64,000 bases of DNA from Trichoplax sp. H2 (taxonomy: Eukaryota). Position numbers and translations under genes: made by a program. The notes under the pieces were generated by a model, which was not told where the DNA came from, made no database searches, and saw only the letters and a list, made by a program, of their open reading frames with translations. Each line of letters opens with the position of its first letter. Within the stretch, counting starts at the first letter, position 1. This document shows positions 12,579 through 25,462 of this stretch, one piece after another. The DNA lies in the NCBI GenBank assembly GCA_003344405.1, contig NOWV01000001.1:806001-870000 (forward strand), in the 5' to 3' direction.

Positions 12579-15500
12579 CTATAACAGTATTTGATAATGA
12601 TTATATCAACTTACCGTGGACAATGTCTTCGAATTGATATCGTCTAGAATAGCATTACATAAAAGATAAATACAATTTAAATTTCTCATTCATCAAGTAG
12701 TCATAAACCCAAGCAAGATACTTTGTAGCTTCAGAAATAATGATGAAATGATTATCAAGTATGAAGATTTTTGGTCTATACAGCACCTTAATGTTTTTAA
12801 TATAGATTATGATGCTATCAGCACTTTAACAATTACCTGATGAAAAATAATCACTAGGAGCTACTTTTGCTCGGCTACGAGAACCTAGGTTCTTCTGTTT
12901 ATTTCGCTTCATAGTCTAATTTTGAGAAAGTCGTACATAAAAATAAGATAACTATTATAATTAATTAGTTTATCCAAAGTTAATAAAAATTTTGTTTAGT
13001 AATTAAATTTATTAGACAGCCTTAATACAGAAAATGTGTACATATTGATGCTGTTAAAATAATTTTGAATTAAAACCTTCAACGGTGATCCTGAGCTGCT
13101 GGACTCATAACTAAATTTATTCGATTGGCGTGCTAATTTCGATTTAATCTGTAAAGAGTTCAATTATAGTTTTATAGAGCGTATTTTTTAAGCTATTAAA
13201 TTGATAAGAAGTAATGTTAACCTCTGAATTGAAGCAGCAGTGAAAGAGGAAAAAGAAAAATCCCTGTGAAATAACAAGAAAATACCGCGTTAGTTCAAAA
13301 TAGGAATAATTTACTCTTACATGTACGTTTCTTATCTACATTAGATACTAGCTAATGTATAAGTACAAAACTTAGCTACTTTACCTGCAAGCCGTTAAAG
13401 ATCACAAAGATGTAACTAAAGACAATAGTATTACTATCCACTGATAACAGACCAAATAGCCAAGTCAGACCCAATAAAGGTAAAAGAACAGTAACTGCTC
13501 TGAGGCTAGATCTACGAATACGAAAGATATTGCTTAGTTATGATAAAAACTTTATGTTGTGGACTTTTATTTAAATTGTCTAGATACATAAACGAAGACT
13601 AGTAATGAATGAAGCCTTACTTGAAGCTTTTCCAGTGGCCTTGGTTCTTTTGAACAATTTGAAACTTAGCCTTACCAACAACAATTCTCACCACAGTAGC
13701 CAATATCAATGTATTTATCTTTAGAAGGTAAGTAAGTAAAAATCAGATTCTAAAAGCACACGCTATTGCAGAAAGAATAACTCTGAAATTGCTATCATAA
13801 TAATATGTTTTCATTAAAGCGACATAATTCAAGTAGAATATAGCAGACTTACTGAAATTATGACTATAGCTGGGGCAACAAATGCCCAAATCAATCCGTT
13901 TTTGACGGATAACCAACACCTAGACAAGAGAAGAATATAGACATTATTACTATGAAAATAACTAAACCATTCATTTCATAAATAACATTAATTTAAATGA
14001 GGCGCATGTCGAATTGTACTTTATCTATATTCTGTAGTATCGCAATATCATTTAACTTACACGCTATTTGTTCCGTAATCTTGATGTCTAACAGCAACAG
14101 ATATAATGGTAATGATAAGTGGAATACCTATTAGAGGATAATACAAGCATCTATTTTAATAAATGACTTAGTTAGTACTTCTATATACTCTTCTAAGATT
14201 AAAAATGCTAAATTTTGTTACTGATTTTTAATCACAAGGGTATTTGTTTTAAAGAATAAAATATCATCAAGATCTCTCTGCATGTTCGTATATAAATTTA
14301 TATGCTCACCCCATCCAAGAGAGTAATATATAATTGTTTTAGATTTGGTCTCAAATACTGTTACTATTTGGAAGTAAAGATGTATGCCTTCAACTAACAT
14401 CCATGAAAAGATCGCAAGAAAGAAAAAGTGTTGATAGATAGCTAAAAATTTGCATGGCACCTATAGAGAGAATTCATTCATGATTATTATAACAAGATTC
14501 GGCTACCCTACTAACTCTTCACGAAATATGATACGACATAGCAAAAGATATTTTATTACACTAAGGGTTATTTTTCATCCTATTACGAATTAATTTAAAT
14601 AATTACCGGCCAAAGCTTTACAGCATCACCCAACAGCAAGCCAATTTGTGCCAAAAGTAATGAGATCCCTAAATTCATATGAATTTGATATCGATCGCTA
14701 GTCAATCTATTACAGCCGATATCAGTAATGGAATAGAAAAAGCAATGCATTAGCGCAAAATAAGATGCAGCTATAATGGTTTTATCCCAGGATAACAAAA
14801 ATGTATACAAATTTTTTTTGAAGTAAAATATAACGAATTACGAATATTTAAAAATTTAATTTAATATTACACTTTATTTTATAGCAACAATACAAAAGTA
14901 AAGTAGCCTTCATTGTAATAAATAGATAACTAAATTATCTTATAAATGATCATGCAAGAAATTCTTACAACAATCGCTTGCAAAATATTATACATACCTA
15001 AGCATAAGAAACACTACAATAGATGCCAACGTTCCAAAGATAGATAGTGAACAAACTACGTACGTTATAATGGTTAGAATTCTTGCGTGATCTTGAGAAA
15101 TCTATTTTTTAAACCATGTTTAAAATATTTTTCAGCAATCGCTTAATTTCTCGGACGTAATTATTCAAAATAAATTATAGCCTAAGCCAAATCACTTCTG
15201 ATCAAAACACTAACCGGTGTATCAGTAACTCTCATCAAGATCGCAAAATGAGTAAGATGGACACATTTGCATTGCGTATGCGTTGAATTCGTAGTAATAA
15301 TCTCACAACCTTCGTTCGACCAGGAACTGTGATAAAACAATTAGAAAACATGAAAAATATGTACTGAAATGATTGTGCTTTACAAATACAGCATGTTGTC
15401 CACTACCTTGTGGTAAAGTTCCAAAATGCACATGTTGGTTTATAACTAGCTGATAAATTCGTCTGAAATAGAACAAATAACAGGGTACTCTTAGTTTGAT

Positions 15501-18500
15501 CATCTTCAAATATATAATTTCAGTGCTTTTCAACAAATTAAGTATGGATGATAAGGTCTAGTGCGTTTCGTATGCATCGAAGATTCACTGTTTCAGTAAA
15601 TAGATAGACCTTATCTGTAGCGAATTTCTGTTGTTTTACCTGAGTATGGGTTAGCATAAAAGTAAATGGTTTGTCGGAAGTAAGGTATGGCGCAGGGGTC
15701 ATAGAGCACGATATAAGATATGAGTTCACAATTTCAACTCTACTGTTTGTCCTAAAAAAGTAGATCATAATTAAATGATAAAAAATTTTTAATTTTTTAA
15801 TCAACTTCAATGGTACACCCATAAAACTATTTTTGCCATTATTTTTAATCTTACAAAACTTTATTAGAATAATTTACCTATTAGTTGCTGAACCATTTGA
15901 ATTGGGTAAGTATTGTAAAGTAGGATAAATTCCTCCAATGACGGTTACGCTACCTAAATGTTGAATCATAATATTTTAGTTTACGCGCATACGTTGCTTA
16001 TGGTCATAATAGCGTCAACAATAATTTTACTAGATTTACGAATCTAATAACTTCATTCATTGGAATGTGATTTTCAAGATAGATATATTCATGATCTAAA
16101 CAGAAACCTTTGGCTTGATCTGCTGCAGTTGGAGGGAGCACAAAGTAATTGTCATTGCGCTGCTCTGCCGATAATCTGAATCCGCCCCCTTGATGTAATG
16201 CGGTAGCATTACTCTTCTGGATTTTAACTCGGATCTCTGACGAATTATAAACGAACGACTGGCCATTTTGTAAATTCTTACCCACTTCTTGAGAAATATC
16301 ATCAGTAAGTTTTAGCATTACACTGGTAGCTGCAAATCTCTAAACAAATTGCATTTGAAGTAAATTAACAATTTATGAGTGTTTGCTTTTTAAGTTTAAC
16401 TAAAAACTGTCACGTTTCATATTTGAATTCCTACTATAGTTTAAGATCATCCGTCAACAATGTCAAGAGTCGTAATGAAATCAAATACTTATCAACATTT
16501 CATCTTGCGATATATTAAAAGATAATGCTCATACCTTGCTTGCATTATGCCAGGCAGAAACCGTGTTTGCAGATGTCATAGAGCCTAATACTTTATAAAA
16601 TCCCTATACAGAAGAAATTTAATTTGCGGATCGATATTACAATAAATTCATTACGAGTTCGGTTTTGATTACTATATCGTCATTTCCTTAATAGTAGGCC
16701 TTCTAAACAAGCTATTTAGTCAATCTTACATTGAAAAATTTCACTTTCTTTTCGAGTGTAACATGAGTAACGTTGACATTCCTTTGCATTCGTATCAATG
16801 CATCTTTAGAAGCTACAAGATCACCGCCATTGACAAGGCTACCGTTGAAAGCAGTGTTTAACCTGGATAAAACATTGGTAGCAGCGCTAACATTGTGCAA
16901 TGTCGCAGTCGATTGAATCTAAATTGTTGATATGATATTATCATTAATAATTGCTTAATATATTGCCATGTAATCTGAGACAACATCGAATTTAAAGATA
17001 AACAGTGGCAATGCAGAAATCTACTTAGAGCTAACAAAAATTAACTTACACTCGGGTAAAGAGATTGAAAATTTTGTGATAACTCGTCCTTTTGGATTTC
17101 AGTGACCGTAGGTTCGACAGTAGCTATATGATTGTCGAATGCAACGTGAGTAAAACAGGTTAATTTTTTAATCAAAATTCAACTTAGATTTATGATTTAT
17201 GGCAAGCCAAATTGTTAACCTACCAATATTTCCATTTGTAGTGGCAATAGTTATTGCTGGTGAAGTTGTTACTAATGAATTAATAATTTAGAACGATAAA
17301 TTTCAGTAACAAATTCAGGAAGTAATCATCATTCTTCAGTTTGATGATTTAAAATAAACTACGTGCTTTAAAAAATTTTCATGCCCTACCCTTTGCATTT
17401 ATCGTTACTTTAGCAGTAGATGATGTCGTCTGTACTTTTACTGTTGTCCTTTCTGTAGTTGGTGCTTCGGTAGTTGATTTCGTTGTCGCTATAATTTAGA
17501 ATGAAATGTCATCGACAATCTCCAACTTAGAATGGTAAAATACATTTAAAATCCATAACTAATAATAAGGATTTCCGTTCTATTTACTGGCTTACCTTTT
17601 GGCGTAGTTATAGTTGTCATTGGTAGTGTAGTTGCAGTTGTTGGAGCATTTGTTGTAGCTGCAATTCATCGTGAAATATTATTAATAAATTTTAAATTGA
17701 AACCGTACAATACAGTTGTAATCTTTAACTAATAGCAAATCTTTCCGTTCTATTTATTCACTTACTTTGCGCCGTAGTTTTGGTTGTGGTGGGCAATTCA
17801 GTTGCAGTTGTTGGTGTATTTGTTGCACTTGTTGGTGTACTTACGCTTGTTGATGGTTTTTGTGTGGTGGAAGGGACAGTCTTAGTGGTTGCCATTTTTT
17901 GTGTAGTTAACACCACTACTTTTTCCGTAGTAGGGTGGGGTGGCAATGTTGTAGTTTCTCTCGCAGTCGCTATAAAAAAGTTTGATGGTGTGCAATATTT
18001 AAAACATTGTCGATCAAGTTGATATCATATACAACAAGTGAGCAATTTAGCATCAATTATACCTCTTGTAGGACCTTGAGTAGTACTTGTAGTTTTGATT
18101 GCCAATGTCTGAACTTGGCGAGTTGCAGTGGTAGCTAATAATATAGTCAAAATCAGCATTAACGCTATGTATATAGATTATGGTTAGTAAATATCGCCTG
18201 CTTTCTTCTACGCTAGCTAGTATAGTAATCGTGGCGGCTTAAGTCGAAGACATAAAGTACAGTATATGATATTCTTACATTTATTTGACTCTGTTGTAGA
18301 TCGAGTAGGAACTGTTTTGGGTTGCTGCGTTGTAATTATTGTTGCCTGATGTGTTCCACGAGTCGAAACAGCTGTATTAGATCGGGTAGCTTCAGTAGAA
18401 GGGATTGGAGTCGAATTTGTATTTGGGCTACGAGTTCTTGTGGGAATATTGGCTTGTGTTGTCGGGATCAAATTGGTTGTAACAGTATGATTAGGAGGTT

Positions 18501-21500
18501 TTGTAGTTGGTAAATGCATGATATCTGTAGGATTGGACGACGTTTTTGCAATCGAACTTGTACCAGTATCTGAAGTAGACTGTATCGTTTTTGTAGCAAA
18601 TTTTGACGGTGTTGTTGGCGTATTTGTCGTAGGTTGTTTAGCATCTGTTTTAACATTTGTTGCAGTAGCAGAATTTGTAGCTTGAGTCTGCGTTGATTGA
18701 GAATTCATTGTAGTTGCCATGGTGTTTGTATTAACATTTGTTGCTGTAGCAGAATTTGTAGCTTGTGTCTGCGTTGATTGAGAATTCGTTGTAGTTTGCA
18801 TGGTATTAGCATTTGTTGTTGAAGCAGAATTTGTAGCTCGTGTCTGCGTTGAATGAGAATTTGTTGTAGTTTGCATGGTATGAGCAATCATTACTGTTGC
18901 AGAATTTGTAGTTTTTGTCTGCGTTGATTGAGAATTCGTTGTAGTTTGCATGGTATTAGCAATCGTTACTAAAGCGGAATTTGTAGCTTGTGTCTGTGTT
19001 GATTGAGAATTTGTTGTAGGTTGCATAGTAACTTTATTAGTATTGGATGATGTAGCTGTATTTGAATTTGCTGTGTTTTGTGTTTGCGTTGGTTGAGAAT
19101 TCGTCGTAGATTGTACAGTAACTGTCTTAGTGTCAGCTGTTGCTTCAGTTGATAAACTTGCACTTTGTGTCTGTGCTGATTGGGAACTTGTTGCAGGTTG
19201 TATCGTATCCGTAGTGGAACTTACTCCATCATCTGTAGAATGTTCTGTAGTAGCTTGAATAATGAATAAAAATTAGATTAACAAATAAAATGTTACTGAT
19301 TGATTCCTTTCTTCTTACTGTAAAATCCTAATACATTTTCAACCTGATCGATTATAAACTGATACGATGTATACTTAGCCATGAGCTAGCCCTTCTAATA
19401 GCCCATAACTTAGCTTACAATGGAAGAATTAGTTCAAAATTAATCAATACGTAATATCAAAGTTTAAGCTGAGTGAAGTAACCAGGTCGATGTACAAACT
19501 AAATAGGGCATATGTATACTCTATGACTCTCCAATATCAAGAAAGAATGAGTAGATCAGATTCTGTAAGCACAAAATAAATCTGTCATTTTGCCTAAAAT
19601 AATTCATTCATGAGTAAAGATAAATTACTGAAGCTACAGTTATCGTTGAGTAAGCTCCACAAACTGAGATTATGTTGATAAAATAACTTTCGCACTTTTA
19701 ATCAATCTCATCTATATTTGCTTAGATCAACTAATAACTTCATTTTAGCGCAAATACCTTGTACGGAAGGACTTGGGCTTACAGTAGCATTGCCCGTACC
19801 TTTCAGGAACTCTAGATAGGATAACGATAAGAGTTAAAATTGAAAGGGACAAATTATTCCGAAATGGCAACAACATCATTCAAGTTTAATATCTTATTGT
19901 ACATACCTAACAATACATCCTTCTTAACCTGGCATATTCGAAGGTGATCTTCAGCACAATCTCGATGATACCAAAGCCATTGACCAGGTCGGTATATATC
20001 AGAAATAATCACGCATTGCTGTTCTGTCTGCGTTGGATCACCAACTCCCCAGTTGTTAAAACTGTTACTGGACGAATTATCAACTATCCACTTAAATTTC
20101 TCCAGTTTTGGATAGCTATAATAATTACGTAACCCGATCCAATATTCATGTATAGTATTTAAAGTTGGCACAATTGTTAGTGTCTTTCCTAATGTATCCA
20201 ATTTGGCCAATATTCCACCAAAGTTTTTACACGCCGCAAGCGCTTTAAAAAAATTTAATTTTGAGTCTTTGAAACCTTTATAGCAAAGGCCATCCATTTC
20301 GACCCAATCCGCTGGGCATACTTCCTCTAAAAGGGATGAAAAGAAAAAGATTTAAAATTTAGTAAAATGCCAACGCTAAATGCTAATTGTAACTAACGAT
20401 TACATACCGATACCAGCGGTGGCCGATGAATTATGGAAAAAGCACAAATAGTGGAACTGGAATAAAATAGAGCAAGAATAACTCCTCAATTGAGTAATAA
20501 ATTATATACTACTAAGGCAACTTTGTGATATTATACAATTAAAAATTGTAGTGGTTAATCACTGTTTATCACGATGAAAAAAAGTGGATTTTGAACGTAT
20601 CGTGATATCTATAATCTATTTATCATCAGGGAATAGAATAATGACATCGATAGAAAACCACAATACAAATATCTCATAAATTTTTTTATTCTCGTATTGT
20701 ACACTATTATATTAATATTCTCGCACTTATTTAATATATTAATAATTGTCTTCTTGATTAAGCTTATTAGCTATTTGTATTAGTAGGAAAATGCTCTTCA
20801 TTAAAGTACAGTACGTATACACCAATAATGGTATATTTCTAAAAATTCGGTGGCTATGCGACAAGAGTTCTGAACGAGGTTCAGTATGACATTTTAATTT
20901 CTTGCCTATAGCAACCGTATTTAACTTCAAAGGCGCGATATCAATTCTAATACTGTAGCTATATCGTTACTCATTTTTCAATTTCAATACTACAAATTTA
21001 TGTCTTTGGCTGTCAGGTCTACTGAGTGAGTGAGAAGTTTGGCAAATATTTGATTTCGCTGAGGCAACAATTACAAGCCATACCAAACTATGCATATTAA
21101 TGCTTTGACTCATAAAAAAAACAATTGAAAATTCATCCAATTTACATAAATTTTTCGTGCGTAGACGATAGGATGAATTACTCAAATGACGCTATCAATC
21201 GAAGTGCTGTAATTTTGCTTCCGGAAAGAGTGATTTCAGTTAAATACTACTATTACCTTTATAAATAATGATGTCAATCGAATATTACTCATGAAATTTT
21301 ATCTTTGTAAACGTTTAATTCCTCTAGCACAAAAGTCATAACTAATGATATAATAAAGTGTGTTGAGAGCCTGACAATGAAGAAAAATGATTAAGAACCT
21401 ATTTTATATTTTTTAATATTATCTATTCTTCGATACGATTAGTAGGATATATTTCGTAAAAGTACATAGTTACTTAAACGACGAGATCAATAACTTACTG

Positions 21501-22877
21501 AAGTATACTACTACAAATGTCAAAGCTACAGTGACAATTCATAAAACTAATTAATTTCTCACTTGGGGTGCTAAAATAATGATTCATGAACTAATACTTG
21601 GCTAGCAGGAACAATGCATCATTATAGAAAACATTATAGCCAAATTACGGTACACAGTAACAATTACTAAATTTGCAATATCTAGATTACATAAAACCTA
21701 AATTTTAAAAATCCTATGTTCAAAATAAAATCTATTTATGCTAGATTAGCGTTAGTCTATATCATCAACATATTATTAACTCTATAAACTATTATGTAAA
21801 AACAAAACGCTTTAGAATGCAGAGACTAATATCCTTGGACAGTAATTAGAAATAGTGTAGTGATAGCTTTAACGTTATATTTTGGAATAAAAACTGTTTA
21901 TCATTCCTTTCTGGCATTGATTAAATTATCGTAATACGATATCGAAAAAGTAACTTCAGTCTTTTTAGTATAATTCTCATCGCAACAATGAAAAAAGTGA
22001 ATCAACCGATAGAACATGATGTCCATTTCTATTCGTTCAAAATTTAAAAATTATCTAATCTGTCTTTCTAATTGAATTATAGTGATTGAAAATGTATATG
22101 GTTCTAATGAGTAGATAACCAACTTTACTGCTATCTCTACAATAGCAGGTAGCGATTTAAATTAAACGTTGTCATAGATTTAAAGTCGTAATTTTTATAA
22201 AAACTTAGCTATTTACTATAATCGATCTAATTACGCGGTAGCAGAGAAAGTCTTGTTCAGCTTGAATCACGGTAGCCTTTAATACCCCAGTAATTCTAAA
22301 TTTTCAATTACTGAGTACCGAAGATTAATGAAAAAGCACCCTATTTGAACTAGTATTTTAATTAATCAGCTAAAGTAGTAGCCAATGTATTGTGCAACTT
22401 GTTGCATATCGGCGCTAATTTATTACGATTGATTCCAGAACAAACTGTTCCTATAGAGTACATTTAATAGTAAAATTTTAGCCTATTAATTGGAGATAAC
22501 ATTCGCACAGTTAATAATTACAGTATTGTATTCGTAATCTTGATTTATATTTCAATCTTCACTAATTCTACAAGTGTTTCAAGTAGATTAATTTAACAGT
22601 AGGATATCGTCTACTGCGATTCAAGAGTAGAAGAGTTATAATAATAAGCTAACAATAATCACAGTCATTGTCATGAAGTGCCATACATTAGCGGGCATTA
22701 AAAAAATAATGCTCGATAACTAGAAGTTGGTTACCATTATACTAATCAAGTGAAATACGGTTAAAAAATAAAAATAAGAGTAAAAATGAAGCTATACTGT
22801 AGCTAAATAAATTCATGTGTGATCAATACCGATTTAAAACTATCTCTTACCAGTACGATTAAAAATAGAGACTTCAT
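12537..22877 (-). CDS. Adhesion GPCR A (signal peptide, C-type lectin, Thr-rich mucin stalk, GAIN/GPS, ADGRD1/GPR133-like 7TM)
   Basis: Exon 1 22877-22851 (MKSLFLIVL) joins about 20456-20408 ([15 protein letters not shown]). CTLD about 20326-19907, stalk about 19811-17050, GAIN about 16918-15594. [28 protein letters not shown] at about 15310-15235. 7TM exons include [40 protein letters not shown] and [12 protein letters not shown]. Last exon 12578-12537 [13 protein letters not shown]. Confidence 0.93.
18640..19210 (-). repeat. Coding tandem repeat, 75-81 nt (25-27 aa) unit, in the mucin stalk
   Basis: Five close copies of [22 protein letters not shown] plus two degenerate upstream copies, inside the large exon at about 19253-18279. 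Confidence 0.9.
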
Positions 22878-25462
22878 CTTGCCAACTCCATTTTTAACGA
22901 TGATTACAAGAAAGAACGACGTGACTTATCGACCACTGATCGTAAAATTAAGTACACTGGCAATTTTTTCAACTACAGAATAGTAATAAGTAGTGTAAAC
23001 AGCCAAGCACAGAATTGTTGAAGGTTTTAACATTGTAATCATTCGGAGATAATTTATGTTCTATCTTGCTATTGGTTCAATGATACCGCTATTTAATGAA
23101 AGATGTGAATGATTTTATTATTTTGCATTCGATTGATCGCCATTAGATCAAAAGAATAATAAACTCAAAGACCTTTTGTTTAATGATAATTTAATGTAGT
23201 TACATAAGAATAATGGTTTAGATAATTGATTCCACCCAACTCGGTCACAAACAACTTGACCTAGAGAAATATGTATAACCCCATTAAATTCTAGTATGTG
23301 GTATGTGGTATTCCAATTCTCCAAGAATTACTCTCAGGGATACGCATTAATTAATTATAATGATAATCAGAGTTAACATGATGTTGCAATCAGCTCTATA
23401 GCAATCATTAATTTGTATAATAGCTGTTTAATATTTGTGCAACATTTAGTTATATTTTTCTTTTATTTCCAATGTAGTTTCGGCGTCATTTATTTTTCAC
23501 TTTATTTCGTTTTAAATTGAAATTTTCTAATGAAAAGACACTGAAACCCTATAACTATTAAATTTAAGATATAAAAGTTAGCAGCGATTTAACTACCGCA
23601 ACTCACAAATAAATCAAAAGTGGCACGTCTTCTTTAGGGCTTACATATTGTATTTGCATATTGTATTTTTAATGACCACTAGCAAAACTCTAAATACAGA
23701 AAATTGCTATCGCAAATAGTGTACAGTCAGGCCTCGTTAAGATCAAAAATTAATAATCAAATCCCGAATAGTTCACATACCTAATGGAATAGATAATAAA
23801 ATGATTGAAATAGAAAACATCTTGTAAAAAAAAATGAAGTAAAATAATGCATAAAAGATATTTCGTACAGAAATACGGACAATAGCGTAAGTACTTGTAA
23901 TTCAATTCTCAAGTTGTTGAGTAATAAACAATTATAAAATTACGCTTTTATGATTTTTAATACTTCCCTGACGTGATAGTGTCTTGTACTCAGAATGCTA
24001 TTACTTATCAGTTTTGTTTACGAGGGATGTATAGTATTCGCTTATTTATGCGCCTAACAGTCGTAATCGTTGTATGAAATACAATAGCCTATGCTATTCA
24101 TGGATAGATTAAAAAAAGTAGCCTAAAGAAATTATTATTAAATGAATCCTTGTCACTCACAGCAGGAAGTATGTATATCTGTAGATAAAACCTAGGCCAT
24201 TCTTAACGACAGTGACAAGAGATACAGAATTGTTCCTGAGATTATGAAGAGTCAAGATTTACGTCATCATAACGTCAAAGTATTCAGCAGATGATTGTAT
24301 CTACGGCAATAATGGCTTTTAATCATAAAATACTAAGTGCCAAGAAGTACCTTCTATAGAATGTGAACAATCCCTGAATGTGTATAGTCCTCTAAGAAAG
24401 ATTTGAACGCAGGAATTTACCACTGTCGCTATATTATCATCTTTTACCCGATTGAATTGTTTGAATGAGCCTGAATTCTGTTTCATGCTACACCTCATGT
24501 CAGTATTACGATGTACGCTTTTCCTTTAACTTTTATCATTTCATGTATGGACAATTTAAAAATTTTACTGCATCAATCATTCTAACTGGATTACTGCAGT
24601 AGTATTAAGTACCGTGTCAGCTAACCATACTAACATACAAACCCTGTATTGATCCCATAATTGTAGAGTATATTACTTAATCACTCCACGGTACTTACGC
24701 AGCATTCTAAATACATACAGTATCCTAGCTAACTTGATTCAATGTAACAGTTGCCATGATAAATAAATAAAGCACGTGCAATGGCAGATCCCAGAAGGTA
24801 TGTAAATCATATAACGCAAATTGAACAATGAAAGCAGATAGCGTTTCAATTGTCAACATCCGAACAAAAGTTTAAAGTGAAAACACATTTACTCTGATAC
24901 TAACGATGACAGAGTACTGTCATGTATACTATATTGTATATAATAGTGTAGTCACTTACATAAAATGATTTGAAATAATTCGGGAAAAAATTCTTATAAT
25001 CATATAAAACTAGAGCATTTCAGCGAAGGGTAGATAATCTTCAATTTCTAATCAAATAACAATATAAATAATAATGCATATAAAATATAGGACATTAAAA
25101 AAATATTCATATGAGAAGATCATTAGAAAAGATCTGCAAATGGATATTAAACTAAAGTATTTAGTCATATGATTATCATATGCCATGATCGGTTAAAATT
25201 TACCTGAATCTTAATTGCCATTTCGGCTATACAAGAAGTATCGAACCAATAGTATGGCTTATATGCAAGTCTATAATCAATCTATCGACACCATTTGAAT
25301 GTCGTCACATTTGAACTTAATCCGTATAGCTAATCAAAATTAATACTGCTCTTCATCCTTTAACTGTTTTTACCAAATACTACTGCTGGCAAATATAGTC
25401 TGATCATTAATGGGCTTTATCAAGTGTCCCCTAAATTTCAATGTCAGATCAAATCAACATAT

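Noticed and set aside
17780-18022. Val-rich plus-strand ORFs (also 40811-41098, 41877-42089)
   Set aside because: Antisense shadows of Thr-rich stalk exons.
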